Positions 1-10,319 of a stretch of DNA of 64,000 nucleotides are shown in pieces. Positions within the stretch are counted from its first letter, which is position 1. Each line of letters opens with the position of its first letter. The DNA comes from Candidatus Delongbacteria bacterium. Its GTDB lineage: Bacteria > CAIWAD01. The stretch spans positions 640,001-704,000 of the forward strand of contig OY760505.1 in the NCBI GenBank assembly GCA_963663545.1. Direction: 5' to 3'. The position numbers were made by a program, and so were the translations under genes. The notes under the pieces are model-generated. The model was not told where the DNA came from, searched no databases, and saw only the letters and a list, made by a program, of their open reading frames with translations.

Positions 1-909
1 CACAAGGCAGGAGAAAAGCATGCGTATCCAAAGGCTCAGACTTAGATCGCTGATCCGGCTGATTCCAGGAGTCAGATTCAGCTTAGAATCCAGCGAAGGC
101 ATCGTACCTAGCTCAGCAAGTACGGCTTCATACTCGCTTGTGTCACGCAGCCGACTTTGAAGGGATTTTGCACTTTGTTCCGCTGCGTGTTCATCAACAA
201 GCCCCGCGTGATGTGCGGTGATACAATGTGCAATTGTCCGGGCGGCAACAGGCATCCCCTTCAGGTGCCTGATCGCATGAATTCCACCTACGACTGAGTG
301 CCTCACTTGCCCCCGCCGGACTGAATCCGGAGCATGAACCGATGCTTGCAGATACTGCTGAAAAGCTGGCTGGAACTTGCCTAGATCGTGCCACTGCCCG
401 ATTACTTCAGCTATTCCGGCACTGCGAAACACTGAGGCGAACTTCGATGCCTGTCCTGCCACTCCATCAAGGTGATCCCGCAGCAGGTGTTCTTCTCCTG
501 ATTCCAGTAGATGAGCCAGGTGGTGTGTCATCGCTCTTCCTCCCATCAACACCCAACAAGCTACGCCGGGGGTGAGACATCATCGTGCATCGTTTCGCGC
601 GTCTTGTTCCATCTTGCTGCCAGCTGAGAGCTGAATACATGTTCGCAACAATCATAGAACGGCGCTACGGAATTCAATGTGCTCATGAAATCAAATCTTG
701 AATCTGATCCAGCATACGCGCCCGATTTTGCACAAGCCTAGCGCCTTGCCTACGAAATCTGCGTAACATAATTCACTATCACAAATCATAATCCATGTCT
801 TAAGAGGCACACCTCTTGCAATTGCGTTATTCAACGGTGGACTCAATAGCAATCACATACAAGCGAAAGGCTTCGGCCTTTGGCTGTGTCATTTCGGGGG
901 AGACGAACC

Positions 910-2484
910 ATGCGCAAAGTTCTCTGTTCTGCGGCTCTCAGCCTGCTAGCGGTGCTGCCAAGTTTGGCGGGTGCCATCTATACTATTAACAATGGAGGCA
1001 CGGTCGATCAGCAGGTGGCCCCCTACTTCCTCGATCCCGGCGAGGACGTGCAGGACTTCTATTCCTACGGTCACCCGGTCGGGTCATCGGCCAACACCGG
1101 CTTCGAGCAATCCAATACGGGCATCATTTTTCTGACGCTGGACGACAACGACAATTACGGTCTCGTGGTAATTCTAGACTCAGCCAACGACGGCAGCGGT
1201 GGAAATGTCGGCCTGGATATCACGGGCATGGCGCCCGGTACCATCATGGTACAGGGCGATGAGCCGAACGAATGCGGCGCCGTGCAAGCCAACGGCAACG
1301 CCCATTGTCAGTGGAACTGGGCCTCTTGCTGCACCGACGGCGTAGCCTACGAAATGGGCACTGATCTGGATTTCACGCTGACCCTGGATTTCACCATCAA
1401 CTCGGGCATCAGCTTGCTGCAGTTCATCACCTTCGATCCCTGCAATCAGGGCGAACTGCTCTTCATCAACCTGGATGCGGCCGAGACCTTCACCATCACC
1501 TCCACTCCCATCGAGGGCGACATGGTGGATTGCAATGGCAACAACCAGCCCGATTACTGCGATCTGCTCAACCAAGTGAGCATGGACTACAACAACAACC
1601 TCATTCCCGACGAGTGCGATATCGCCGAAGGCCTGGAAGAAGACTGCAACGGCAACATGGTCATTGACTGGGTGGACATCGAATTCGGCAACAGCATGGA
1701 TATCGATGGAGATCTGATTCCCGACGAGTGCGAGACCGACTGCAACGGCAACAGTGTGCCGGACGATTTTGAAATCGCAGAGGGAATGTCCACGGATTTC
1801 AACGACAACGGTGTCCCCGACGAGTGCGAGCCGGATTGTAATCAGAACGGCTTCCCCGACGAGTGGGAGATTGCCACGGGTATGGCCGAGGATTTCAACG
1901 GCAACCTGATTCCCGACGTCTGCGACATCATGGACGGCATCGAGCCGGATTGCAACGGCAACTGGATCCTTGACGCTCAGGACATCGCCATGGGCTACAG
2001 CATGGACGTCAACGACAACATGATTCCCGACGAGTGCGAGCCCGACTGCAACCAGAACGGCCTGCCCGACGAGTATGAAGTGCAGATGGGCCTCTGTGCC
2101 GACTGCAACCAGAACGGCTATCCCGACGACTGCGACATTGCCGAGGGCAACAGTCTGGACGAGAATGGCAACGGCATTCCCGACGAGTGCGAAGAGGTCG
2201 CAAGTGCCAGTGAACTTCCCGCAGAGTTCGCCCTGGCGCAGAACCATCCGAACCCCTTCAATCCGACCACGACCATTCGCTTTGCGCTGGCAGAGACAGC
2301 CCAGGTACGCCTGAGCGTCTATGATATGACGGGTCGCGAAGTGGCCGTGCTGGTGAATGGCCTGGCCGAACGCGGCGAAAACAACGTGGCCTTTGACGGC
2401 AGCGCGCTGGCCAGCGGCGTCTACTTCTACACGCTGCAGGCGCCGGAAGGCGTGATCACAAAGAAGATGGTGCTGATCAAATAA
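910..2484 (+). CDS. Secreted protein with DCNxNGxPDxC(D/E) Ca-binding (thrombospondin type-3-like) repeats and T9SS type-A C-terminal sorting domain
   Basis: ATG at 910 after GGGGAG. Signal peptide MRKVLCSAALSLLAVLPSLAGA. Many Asp/Cys-rich repeats. C-terminus QNHPNPFNPTTTIRF...VYDMTGREV...LASGVYFYTL...KKMVLIK is a typical CTD. Confidence 0.85.
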   Translation: MRKVLCSAALSLLAVLPSLAGAIYTINNGGTVDQQVAPYFLDPGEDVQDFYSYGHPVGSSANTGFEQSNTGIIFLTLDDNDNYGLVVILDSANDGSGGNVGLDITGMAPGTIMVQGDEPNECGAVQANGNAHCQWNWASCCTDGVAYEMGTDLDFTLTLDFTINSGISLLQFITFDPCNQGELLFINLDAAETFTITSTPIEGDMVDCNGNNQPDYCDLLNQVSMDYNNNLIPDECDIAEGLEEDCNGNMVIDWVDIEFGNSMDIDGDLIPDECETDCNGNSVPDDFEIAEGMSTDFNDNGVPDECEPDCNQNGFPDEWEIATGMAEDFNGNLIPDVCDIMDGIEPDCNGNWILDAQDIAMGYSMDVNDNMIPDECEPDCNQNGLPDEYEVQMGLCADCNQNGYPDDCDIAEGNSLDENGNGIPDECEEVASASELPAEFALAQNHPNPFNPTTTIRFALAETAQVRLSVYDMTGREVAVLVNGLAERGENNVAFDGSALASGVYFYTLQAPEGVITKKMVLIK

Positions 2485-2509
2485 AGCACCTGGTATTCCG
2501 CTGATACTG

Positions 2510-2538
2510 GCCCCGGGCTTCGGTCCGGGGCTTTTTTT
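2510..2538 (+). terminator. Intrinsic terminator
   Basis: GCCCCGGGC-TTCG-GTCCGGGGC followed by T7, just after the stop codon. Confidence 0.9.
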
Positions 2539-2573
2539 GCTGGAGACCGCAGAAAGCGTGCGCATTTCCGGCA

Positions 2574-2620
2574 AACTGAAAGCGTCATTGGGGCTAACTG
2601 AAAGCGTTATCGCTTACTAT
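2574..2620 (+). promoter_or_regulatory. Direct-repeat operator (AACTGAAAGCGT x2, 22-bp period) plus -10-like TACTAT
   Basis: Repeats at 2574 and 2596; TACTAT at 2615-2620. Same architecture as at 5191-5237. Confidence 0.6.
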
Positions 2621-2652
2621 TGTGCACAAAGAATGCAAAGACGGAGTTTTCC

Positions 2653-4959
2653 ATGAATGTGCGCAATCTGCTGATTTCCCTGGTTCTGCTAGTCCTGCTG
2701 GCCACCAGTGCCCTGGCGGACGCCTGGTTTCGCGGTGGCTACAATGGCTACGAGACCTTCTCTTCCTATTACACCGACAGCCGCTACCAGACCGTCATTC
2801 TGAAGGATGAGCTGGATGGCGCCTTTGGCGAGTGGGATGGCATCAGCCTGAAGATCTGGCAAGGCACGGGATACGATTTCACCAATGTCACCATTCGCGG
2901 TCGCCGCGCATTGAGCGCAGACACGACGGCACTTTCCGCGGGATCCTACCTGAACGACGATCTGGTCACCCTGTTTACAGGCGATATCGAGATGCCGGAA
3001 GTAGATGAGAATACTTGGGAGGTGAGCATTCCCTTCAACCAGGGAACCGTGACGCTGAGTGAGACCTATGGCATCGGCTACCTGCTTGATATTGTCACGG
3101 ACAACAGTGCGATGGGTCCGGGCCGGACCTACCTGTGCGCCACCACGAGTGGCAACGTACCCGCAGTGCGCTCCATAGCCAACAATACCTCAGGCACTTA
3201 CAACCTGCTCAACACGACAACGGGGTCCGCCTACAGCTGCAGACCTTTGCTCAAGCTCCACGGTGTGTACTACGAGGCGAGCGGCAATCTCTTTCCCGGT
3301 ATGCTTCCCGATAACATGAGCGCCGATGTGCTGGTCCCTGCAGGGGAAAGCCTACGGATCTTCCCGGGCACCAGTTTGAACTTCGACTCTGATGTCGGCC
3401 TGGTTGTCCGCGGAGATCTGCAGGCCGTCGGACTTGCTGGCGAGGAAATCATTTTCAGCGGTTACTACTGGAACGGCGTTCATTTCTTCGCGGAGGAAAC
3501 CGAAGCTGCGTCCCTGGTGGAACACGCTGTCATCAACAATGTGGACACAGAAAGCCGCAACGGCTACGGCGGTGTCTACTGCCGTTTTCACGAGGCCGGA
3601 CTGACACTGCGCAATCTGGAGATTCACGACTGCGTTTCGTCCAGGGGTGGAGGCATCTACTCGATCAGCACAGATTTTCTGATGGAAAACCTCTACATCC
3701 ACGATTGTGAATCCTCAACCGCAGGCGGCATGCACTTGTGGGGCGGACATCCGGTTTGCCGCAACTCGTTGATTGAAAACTGCTACGGCTATGCGGGTGG
3801 CATCAAACTGGAAGCCACGACAAGCACGCTTGAGGGTCTGAACCTTCGCTACAACGAGGGCGTCACACCAAACCTGCAGATCATGAGCGGCCACGGCGAC
3901 TACATTCACAACTGCACCTTCGTGGACAATTTCGCCTACAACTACGCTGCGTATGTCTACTGCTACGAACCCACCTACTTCAAGAACTGCCTTTTCGTCA
4001 CACCCAACGATGAAGCCATTTACACTCGCTTTGGCAGCACAATTGTTGATCACTGCGCCACACCCGATGGCTTGTCAAACTTCACTTCCTACTCAAATGG
4101 CAGGGTGGTGGACCTGGGGGGCAACGTATTCTTTAACCTCCTCTTTGATACGGTCAACATGTGTGCGTACTCGCGCAGTGCCTCCATTGTGGACGCCGGC
4201 AGCGCGGGCGAATTCGACCCTGACCTGACGCGCAAGGATATTGGCTGTGGCTACTTCGACCAGAGCGCGCCCCTTGTATCACAGCTTGTCGATGTGCCCG
4301 CCGATCAGGGTCACCAGCTGCAACTGGAATGGCAGGCCAGCTCGATGGATCTGGCGGAGCTGCACCCCACCTGGTTCTACAGCGTCTGGCGACTGGACAG
4401 CCTTTTTGATGTGTCACGCTCCGCTGAGTCGATCTGGCTGGAGGATGTGTCACAGCTCGATCCGGCGCAGATCGGTGACACACCCATTCGTGTGACAACA
4501 CCCGCGGGCCATGTCTGGACCTTTGTCTCACAGGTTCCTGCTACACAAGCTGCGGAATACGGTCTGATTGTGCCCACCCTTTACGACCAGCTGAATGGCG
4601 AGGCCTGGGAGAGCACACTACTGGTCTACTGGCATCACGACACGTCGCTGGCAGAATCGGCAACGGCGAGCGCGGTTTCCGTGGACAACATCGCCCCCGA
4701 TGCGCCGCTGGCGCTGACGGCCACTCCCGCCGGTGAGACATTGAACTTGAGCTGGAATGAGGTAACAACGGGAACCCTCGACGGTGTGACGCTGCCCGAG
4801 CGCAACGGCATCGTGTATCACATCTATGCCAGTGATGTGGCCTGGTTCGAGCTCGAGGATGCGGAGTACGTCGGCACCGTCAGCGAACCGCGTATCACGC
4901 TGCCGGTGGAAGAGAACTCCCGCCGCTTCTTCAAGGTCATTGCAAGTGACAGCCAGTAG
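2653..4959 (+). CDS. Surface/secreted right-handed beta-helix protein, paralog 1 of 4
   Basis: GGAG RBS before ATG 2653. Signal peptide, DSRYQ N-terminal domain, GGG-type beta-helix repeats, and conserved C-terminal region DVPADQGHQLQL...DNIAPDAP...RRFFKVIASDSQ. Confidence 0.85.
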   Translation: MNVRNLLISLVLLVLLATSALADAWFRGGYNGYETFSSYYTDSRYQTVILKDELDGAFGEWDGISLKIWQGTGYDFTNVTIRGRRALSADTTALSAGSYLNDDLVTLFTGDIEMPEVDENTWEVSIPFNQGTVTLSETYGIGYLLDIVTDNSAMGPGRTYLCATTSGNVPAVRSIANNTSGTYNLLNTTTGSAYSCRPLLKLHGVYYEASGNLFPGMLPDNMSADVLVPAGESLRIFPGTSLNFDSDVGLVVRGDLQAVGLAGEEIIFSGYYWNGVHFFAEETEAASLVEHAVINNVDTESRNGYGGVYCRFHEAGLTLRNLEIHDCVSSRGGGIYSISTDFLMENLYIHDCESSTAGGMHLWGGHPVCRNSLIENCYGYAGGIKLEATTSTLEGLNLRYNEGVTPNLQIMSGHGDYIHNCTFVDNFAYNYAAYVYCYEPTYFKNCLFVTPNDEAIYTRFGSTIVDHCATPDGLSNFTSYSNGRVVDLGGNVFFNLLFDTVNMCAYSRSASIVDAGSAGEFDPDLTRKDIGCGYFDQSAPLVSQLVDVPADQGHQLQLEWQASSMDLAELHPTWFYSVWRLDSLFDVSRSAESIWLEDVSQLDPAQIGDTPIRVTTPAGHVWTFVSQVPATQAAEYGLIVPTLYDQLNGEAWESTLLVYWHHDTSLAESATASAVSVDNIAPDAPLALTATPAGETLNLSWNEVTTGTLDGVTLPERNGIVYHIYASDVAWFELEDAEYVGTVSEPRITLPVEENSRRFFKVIASDSQ

Positions 4960-5030
4960 CTCTTCCATCGAAATCGACGCACAACCTCAACCAACCACCC
5001 CAAGCCCCGGATCAAGGTTCGGGGCTTTCT
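4957..5030 (+). repeat. 3'-trailer repeat copy 1, including terminator hairpin 5002-5028
   Basis: TAGCTCTT...ATCGACGCACAACCTCAACCAACCACCCCAAGCCCCGG...CGGGGCTTT, shared with 9958-10085 and 12621-12730. Confidence 0.8.
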
Positions 5031-5161
5031 GCTCCAGTCTCCTTCTCCCACTTCCACCCTCTCATTCTTCTCGTGATCGCTGCATCTACTCCGATTTCAA
5101 CCACAAGGCCTGAAATGTCAGCGAGTGGGTATTCCTTTTAATACGCACCAGCAACAAAACT

Positions 5162-5237
5162 ATCGCGAAAAATATTTCGCGATTCCCGCCAACTGAAATC
5201 GCTTTTCGCTCCAACTGAAAGCACCGCGAGATATACT
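5162..5237 (+). promoter_or_regulatory. Inverted repeat ATCGCGAAA-N4-TTTCGCGAT, direct repeats AACTGAAA x2 (22-bp period) and -10-like TATACT
   Basis: IR at 5162-5183; repeats at 5191 and 5213; TATACT at 5232-5237. Confidence 0.6.
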
Positions 5238-5263
5238 TGCGCATCAACTCAAGGAGTGAACCC

Positions 5264-7615
5264 ATGCGATACACCTCTTTCCTTCTTTGCGTGCTGCTAC
5301 TGCTGACCTGCAGCAGCCAGGCCAAAACCATCTTCACCAGCGACAACATCATAGCGGGCGTGGTGGCCTCCACCGCCTACAGCGATTCGCGCTACCAGGC
5401 GGTGTACAGCCGCGACGAACTGGGCTACGCCAGTGGCGAGATCACCCACGTCTCCGTGAAGATCTGGACTAACACCGGCTTCGATCTGAATCACCTGACG
5501 GTCCGCTGCTCGTCCATCAGCGGAAGCTTGGTAGCCGCGATGGAGGCAGGACAGTTCTATAACTTGGGCACCCTCCAGACCTTGTTCGAGGGTGACGTCA
5601 ACATCAATGGCATCCGCCTGGACAATGAATGGCTGGTCATCACCGTGCCCGACTCGCTATCTGCCTATCTACACATCGACAACCATTTCGTGCTCGACTT
5701 CTGCGTCAACGGCAGCGAGGCGGGTCCGGGCAACACCTACTTCCGCTGCACGACCGACGGCGACATGCCCGCGCTGTACGCTCAGGCGGGTTCCACCGAC
5801 CCCGCGTTCAATCTGCTGGACGCCACCACCGGCACGCTGGTCAACTACCGTCCCATCGTGCGACTGGATGGCCCGAGTTTCAACGTCTCGGGTGTCCTGT
5901 ATCCTGGGCAGCTGCCCCCCTCAATGCCAGCGGATATGCTGGTGCTGGAAAACCAGTCCCTCAACGTATTCCCGGGGACGGTCTTTGACTTCGGCCCGGA
6001 AGTGGGCCTGGTTGTTAAGGGCTCGCTACACGCCGTTGGCAACGAAGAAGCACTCATTGTCTTCACAGGCACCGATTGGGCCGGCGTGCAGGTATGGCCT
6101 GATCTGGAAGAAGCAGAGTCGCACATCGAACACGCGCTGATCGAACGCGTCTGGACCGCTGGCGGCGATGCGCGGGCGGGGCTTTCGGTGTTTTCCACCA
6201 TCAGTAATGTGACGGTGCGCAACGTGGAGATCAGCCAGTGCAGGGGGAAAATGGCGGGTGGCCTCGAAGGACTGGCCTGCTTTGAGCAGACGGTCTTTGA
6301 GGACATCTACATCCACGATTGCACGAGCAAGAACCAGGGCGGCGGGATCATGCTCTACAACTGTGACAGCCGCAACAGCAGAATCAGGATCATGAACTGC
6401 ACCTCATCGACGGGTTCCGGCAACGGCGCGTACATGACCGGCTGCGGAACGGGTCTGGATCGCAGTATCCTGAGCAACAATGGCGGTATCCAACTGTTCA
6501 TCGTCGGCTATCCGGACCTGCAGTTCACCAACTGCACCTTCCACGGTGCCAGCGGGCATGCCTGGCCGATCTTCATTCAGGATTACTACATCGCGATCCC
6601 AAACACCATTCTCTTCGAGAACTGCCTGTTTCTGGCCACCAGCGACACCACAGGTCTCGTCAACTCCCGGACGCATCTGCCAGTCTTCTCCCACTGCGCC
6701 TCGCGTGGCGGTACCGCCGATTTCACCGGTAGCGAAGTAGCGCCCATCCTGCTGGAGGGAAACATCGTCTTCCGCGGGCTCTACGACATGGTTAAATGGC
6801 GGCCCTCCACCTACGACAGTCCGCTGGTGGACGCAGGGCGACCGGGCACCTACGATCCGGACCTGAGTCGCAGCGATATCGGCGCGGGTTACTGGGACAA
6901 GCGCTCGCCCTGGATCTACGACCTGGTGGATGTCCCCGCCGACCAGGGGCACCAGCTGCAGCTGACCTGGCGCGCCAGCTCGATGGATCTGGCACAGTCC
7001 CACGCCGCCTGGTTCTACAGCGTCTGGCGCCTGGACAGCCTCTTCGAGGAAACGCGCAGCCAGGAATGCGTGTGGCTGAGCGATGTATCACAACTCGATC
7101 CGCAAAGGCTGGGTGATACACCCGTTCGGGTGATAACGCCCGAGGGGCGCGTCTGGACTTTTGTAGAGCAGGTTCCGGCCACCCAGTGGGAGGAATACGG
7201 CCTGGTGGTCCCAACCCTGCACGACATGCTGGGCGGTGTCCCCTGGGAAAGCGAAGTCCTGGTGTACTGGCACTACGACGGTGCCCTGGCAGCTTCTAAC
7301 CAGACAGGCGCGATCTCCGAAGACAACATCGCCCCGGATGCGCCCCTGGCGCTGGCGGCCTCCGTCAGCGGTGATACAATGCAGATGAGCTGGAACGAAG
7401 TGAGCACCGGTACACTGGATGGTGTCACGCTTCCCGAACGCAACGGCATCGTGTATCACATCTACGCCAGCGAGGAAGCCTGGTTCGCGCTCGAGGACGC
7501 GGAGTATTTGGGCAGCAGTGATACACCCTCCTTCTCCATTCCGGTGAGCGAAAACAGCCGCCGCTTCTTCAAGGTGGTAGCAGACGATGGAACAAGCGCA
7601 AGGAGCGCAAGATGA
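5264..7615 (+). CDS. Surface/secreted beta-helix protein, paralog 2 of 4
   Basis: AAGGAG RBS, ATG 5264. Same domain order as paralog 1. Stop overlaps the start of paralog 3 (ATGA). Confidence 0.85.
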   Translation: MRYTSFLLCVLLLLTCSSQAKTIFTSDNIIAGVVASTAYSDSRYQAVYSRDELGYASGEITHVSVKIWTNTGFDLNHLTVRCSSISGSLVAAMEAGQFYNLGTLQTLFEGDVNINGIRLDNEWLVITVPDSLSAYLHIDNHFVLDFCVNGSEAGPGNTYFRCTTDGDMPALYAQAGSTDPAFNLLDATTGTLVNYRPIVRLDGPSFNVSGVLYPGQLPPSMPADMLVLENQSLNVFPGTVFDFGPEVGLVVKGSLHAVGNEEALIVFTGTDWAGVQVWPDLEEAESHIEHALIERVWTAGGDARAGLSVFSTISNVTVRNVEISQCRGKMAGGLEGLACFEQTVFEDIYIHDCTSKNQGGGIMLYNCDSRNSRIRIMNCTSSTGSGNGAYMTGCGTGLDRSILSNNGGIQLFIVGYPDLQFTNCTFHGASGHAWPIFIQDYYIAIPNTILFENCLFLATSDTTGLVNSRTHLPVFSHCASRGGTADFTGSEVAPILLEGNIVFRGLYDMVKWRPSTYDSPLVDAGRPGTYDPDLSRSDIGAGYWDKRSPWIYDLVDVPADQGHQLQLTWRASSMDLAQSHAAWFYSVWRLDSLFEETRSQECVWLSDVSQLDPQRLGDTPVRVITPEGRVWTFVEQVPATQWEEYGLVVPTLHDMLGGVPWESEVLVYWHYDGALAASNQTGAISEDNIAPDAPLALAASVSGDTMQMSWNEVSTGTLDGVTLPERNGIVYHIYASEEAWFALEDAEYLGSSDTPSFSIPVSENSRRFFKVVADDGTSARSAR

Positions 7616-9960
7616 ACAAGTGGAAAGCTTTGATCCTTGTATCACTATTGGTGGGCGAGGCCGGTCCCTTGCTGGCGGATGCCATCTTCAGCGGCCCCGA
7701 TGGCACCGGCACAGGCGGCAGTGCGGTCCTCGCCACCTACTGGACGGATTCCCGCTACCAAATGGTAATTGGTCGCGACGAGTTCAGTGGTGCTTCCGGT
7801 ACGCTGACCGGCGTCAGCCTGAAGTTGTGGGCACCCTTCGAGGAGGCCATCAACAACGTCACTGTTCGCGGCTGCTTTCTGGACCCGGAAGAGTGGGCAC
7901 CGCTGACAGGCGGGCAATACATCAACACGGGCTTGGTGACACTGGCAGATTACGGATGGCTGCCTGTCTATAATCAAGAGGCCGGCACCGGCTGGTGGTC
8001 CATTTCCTTTTTCAGCGGCACGGTGTCGACCACCAGTTACGCCACAGAAGACCTGTTGCTGGACTTCTGCGTGGACAACGACAGCACGCTGCCCGTCTCC
8101 GCCAACTTCGCCAGTATCCCGGCTGGCGCTTACCCGGCCGCCCGTACGATTACAACCAACACCAATCCCGAGTACAACCTGCTCAACGCTGGCTACGGCA
8201 ACCCCAGCTCCTTTCGCCCACTGGTGCGGCTTGAGGGTCTGAATCTAAGTTGCGTCGGCAGCCTGTACCCCGGCCAGTTGCCCACGCCACTGGCGGCGGA
8301 CGTACTGGTTCCGGCGGGAAGCGTGTTACGCGTGTTTCAGGGAACGTCCCTGTTCTTCAAACCCGAGCTGGGTATCCGCGTAGAGGGAGCCTTGCAGGCG
8401 ATGGGCACTGCCACATCCCCCATCGAGTTCAGCGGCCTCTCCTGGGAGGGCCTCCTCTTTGAGGCGGATGAGACCGAGGCAGCATCCACCCTGAAGCACG
8501 TGCGGCTGACAGCGGTGGACAACGTCGCCACCGATGGACGTGGCGCTCTCTGCGCGTACTACCACGAAGTACCCCTGAACCTGAGCCATGTGGAAGTCGC
8601 CGACTGTCTATCGCCCTATGGTGGCGGTTTATTCCTGGGCGATATCGATCTGAATGTCGAAGATCTCTGGATCCACAACTGCCGGGCGGTCAACGGTGGC
8701 GGCGGCATCCTGGCCGAATCCCTCTCCGACACGCTGGCAAGCATACGCATCGCGGACTGCCTGGCGCATCAGGGCGGCGGCCTCTACATCAATCGCGGCA
8801 CCAGCCTCTGGGATCGCGTGTGTCTGAGCAACAACACCGCCGACGAAGGTTCAGCCGTCTACGGGAGCGGCTGTGGTGATACACAGTTCCGCAACTGCAC
8901 CTTCCATGGCGGATCTTCGACCGCGGCCACCGTCGAGCTGAGCGCGTACAATGCCAACCAGCCGGCACCCGTGCTCTTCGAGAGCTGCCTCTTCATGCCC
9001 GCTGCCGGTGTGGAGCGTGCGATGCACTCCACCAACGTGCGCACGGCCTTTGCGTGGTGCAGTTCGCCCGTCGGCAGTGCGAACTTCGTGGGTGATACAT
9101 TTTCGCCCTTGCTGCTGGAAGGCAACATCAGCTACGATGGTGAATACGACACGATCAACTGGCGCCCGCACCGTCTGGAGAGCCCCTTGGTAGACGCGGG
9201 GAATCCCGTGCTGCTGGATGCTGATCTCACTCGCTGCGACATCGGCACGGGCTACTGGGACCAGAGCGCGCCCGTCGTGACACATCTGTGTGACGTTCCC
9301 GCCGACCAGGGACATCAGCTCCAACTGGCCTGGGAAGCCAGCTCGATGGATCTGGCGCAGGTAAACGACGACTGGTTCTACAGCGTCTGGCGTCTGGACA
9401 GCCTCTTTGACGTGTCACGCTGCGCTGAGTCACTCTGGCTGGAGGATGTGTCACAGTTCGATCCGGCGCAGATCGGTGACACACCCATTCGTGTTACAGC
9501 ACCCGAAGGCCATGTCTGGACCTTTGTATCACAGGTTCCCGCGACCCAGGTGGCGGAGTATGGTCTGATCGTGCCCACGCTGCACGATATGCTGGACGGG
9601 CAAGCCTGGGAAAGCGAAGTGCTCGTCTACTGGCATCACGATACGGAGCTGGCGGAATCGGCGACGGCGACCGCGATTTCGGTGGACAACATCGCCCCCG
9701 ATGCGCCCTTGGCGCTGGTCGCTGTTCCCGCCGGTGAGACAATTGAGCTGAGCTGGAACGCGGTGACAACTGGAACCCTCGATGGCGTGACCCTGCCCGA
9801 GCGCAACGGCATCGTGTATCACATCTATGCCAGCGAGAATCCCTGGTTCGACATCGAGGATGCAGAGTACCTCGGCACCGTTAGCGAGCCGCGTATCACC
9901 CTGCCGGTGGAAGAGAACACCCGCCGCTTCTACAAAATCGTAGCCAGCGACAGCCAGTAG
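7612..9960 (+). CDS. Surface/secreted beta-helix protein, paralog 3 of 4
   Basis: Signal peptide, DSRYQ motif and conserved C-terminal region; translationally coupled to paralog 2. Confidence 0.85.
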   Translation: MNKWKALILVSLLVGEAGPLLADAIFSGPDGTGTGGSAVLATYWTDSRYQMVIGRDEFSGASGTLTGVSLKLWAPFEEAINNVTVRGCFLDPEEWAPLTGGQYINTGLVTLADYGWLPVYNQEAGTGWWSISFFSGTVSTTSYATEDLLLDFCVDNDSTLPVSANFASIPAGAYPAARTITTNTNPEYNLLNAGYGNPSSFRPLVRLEGLNLSCVGSLYPGQLPTPLAADVLVPAGSVLRVFQGTSLFFKPELGIRVEGALQAMGTATSPIEFSGLSWEGLLFEADETEAASTLKHVRLTAVDNVATDGRGALCAYYHEVPLNLSHVEVADCLSPYGGGLFLGDIDLNVEDLWIHNCRAVNGGGGILAESLSDTLASIRIADCLAHQGGGLYINRGTSLWDRVCLSNNTADEGSAVYGSGCGDTQFRNCTFHGGSSTAATVELSAYNANQPAPVLFESCLFMPAAGVERAMHSTNVRTAFAWCSSPVGSANFVGDTFSPLLLEGNISYDGEYDTINWRPHRLESPLVDAGNPVLLDADLTRCDIGTGYWDQSAPVVTHLCDVPADQGHQLQLAWEASSMDLAQVNDDWFYSVWRLDSLFDVSRCAESLWLEDVSQFDPAQIGDTPIRVTAPEGHVWTFVSQVPATQVAEYGLIVPTLHDMLDGQAWESEVLVYWHHDTELAESATATAISVDNIAPDAPLALVAVPAGETIELSWNAVTTGTLDGVTLPERNGIVYHIYASENPWFDIEDAEYLGTVSEPRITLPVEENTRRFYKIVASDSQ

Positions 9961-10085
9961 CTCTTAATCGCTATCGCTATCGGTATCGGTATCGGTATCC
10001 GACTCGGCTTCACGAGTCGGCGGGATCGGTATCGACGCACAACCTTAACCAACCACCCCAAGCCCCGGAGCGTCTCCGGGGCTTG
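9958..10085 (+). repeat. 3'-trailer repeat copy 2: (ATCGST)5 array, CCGACTCG/CGAGTCGG hairpin and terminator
   Basis: Hexamers at 9967-9996; hairpin at 9999-10020; 12-bp stem CAAGCCCCGGAG/CTCCGGGGCTTG at 10059-10085. Confidence 0.8.
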
Positions 10086-10152
10086 TCATTCTTCCCGCAT
10101 GATGAGCCGGATTCTGCACAACCAGATCAGTCCAATGCGCGCCGCATAAAGC

Positions 10153-10165
10153 TAACTCATTGATT
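10153..10165 (-). promoter_or_regulatory. IHF-consensus site
   Basis: Minus strand reads AATCAATGAGTTA, matching WATCAANNNNTTR. Confidence 0.4.
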
Positions 10166-10319
10166 TTACAGCAAGCCTTCATTATGCTATTTTTGGCACA
10201 CACATTGCCAAAGCTTCGGCTTCCTGCTTCCTGCTTCCGTTCAGTGGGATCGACCTTCTGCGACTGCGACGCGCGTGCTCGCGGCATGGGTCACCGCTGA
10301 ACGCATCTTGGAGAACATC

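Noticed and set aside
1..880. Possible decayed IS remnant and short ORFs
   Set aside because: No transposase motif, paired terminal repeats or convincing RBS could be supported.
1180..2574. 464-aa minus-strand ORF
   Set aside because: In-register antisense shadow of the GC3-rich T9SS gene.
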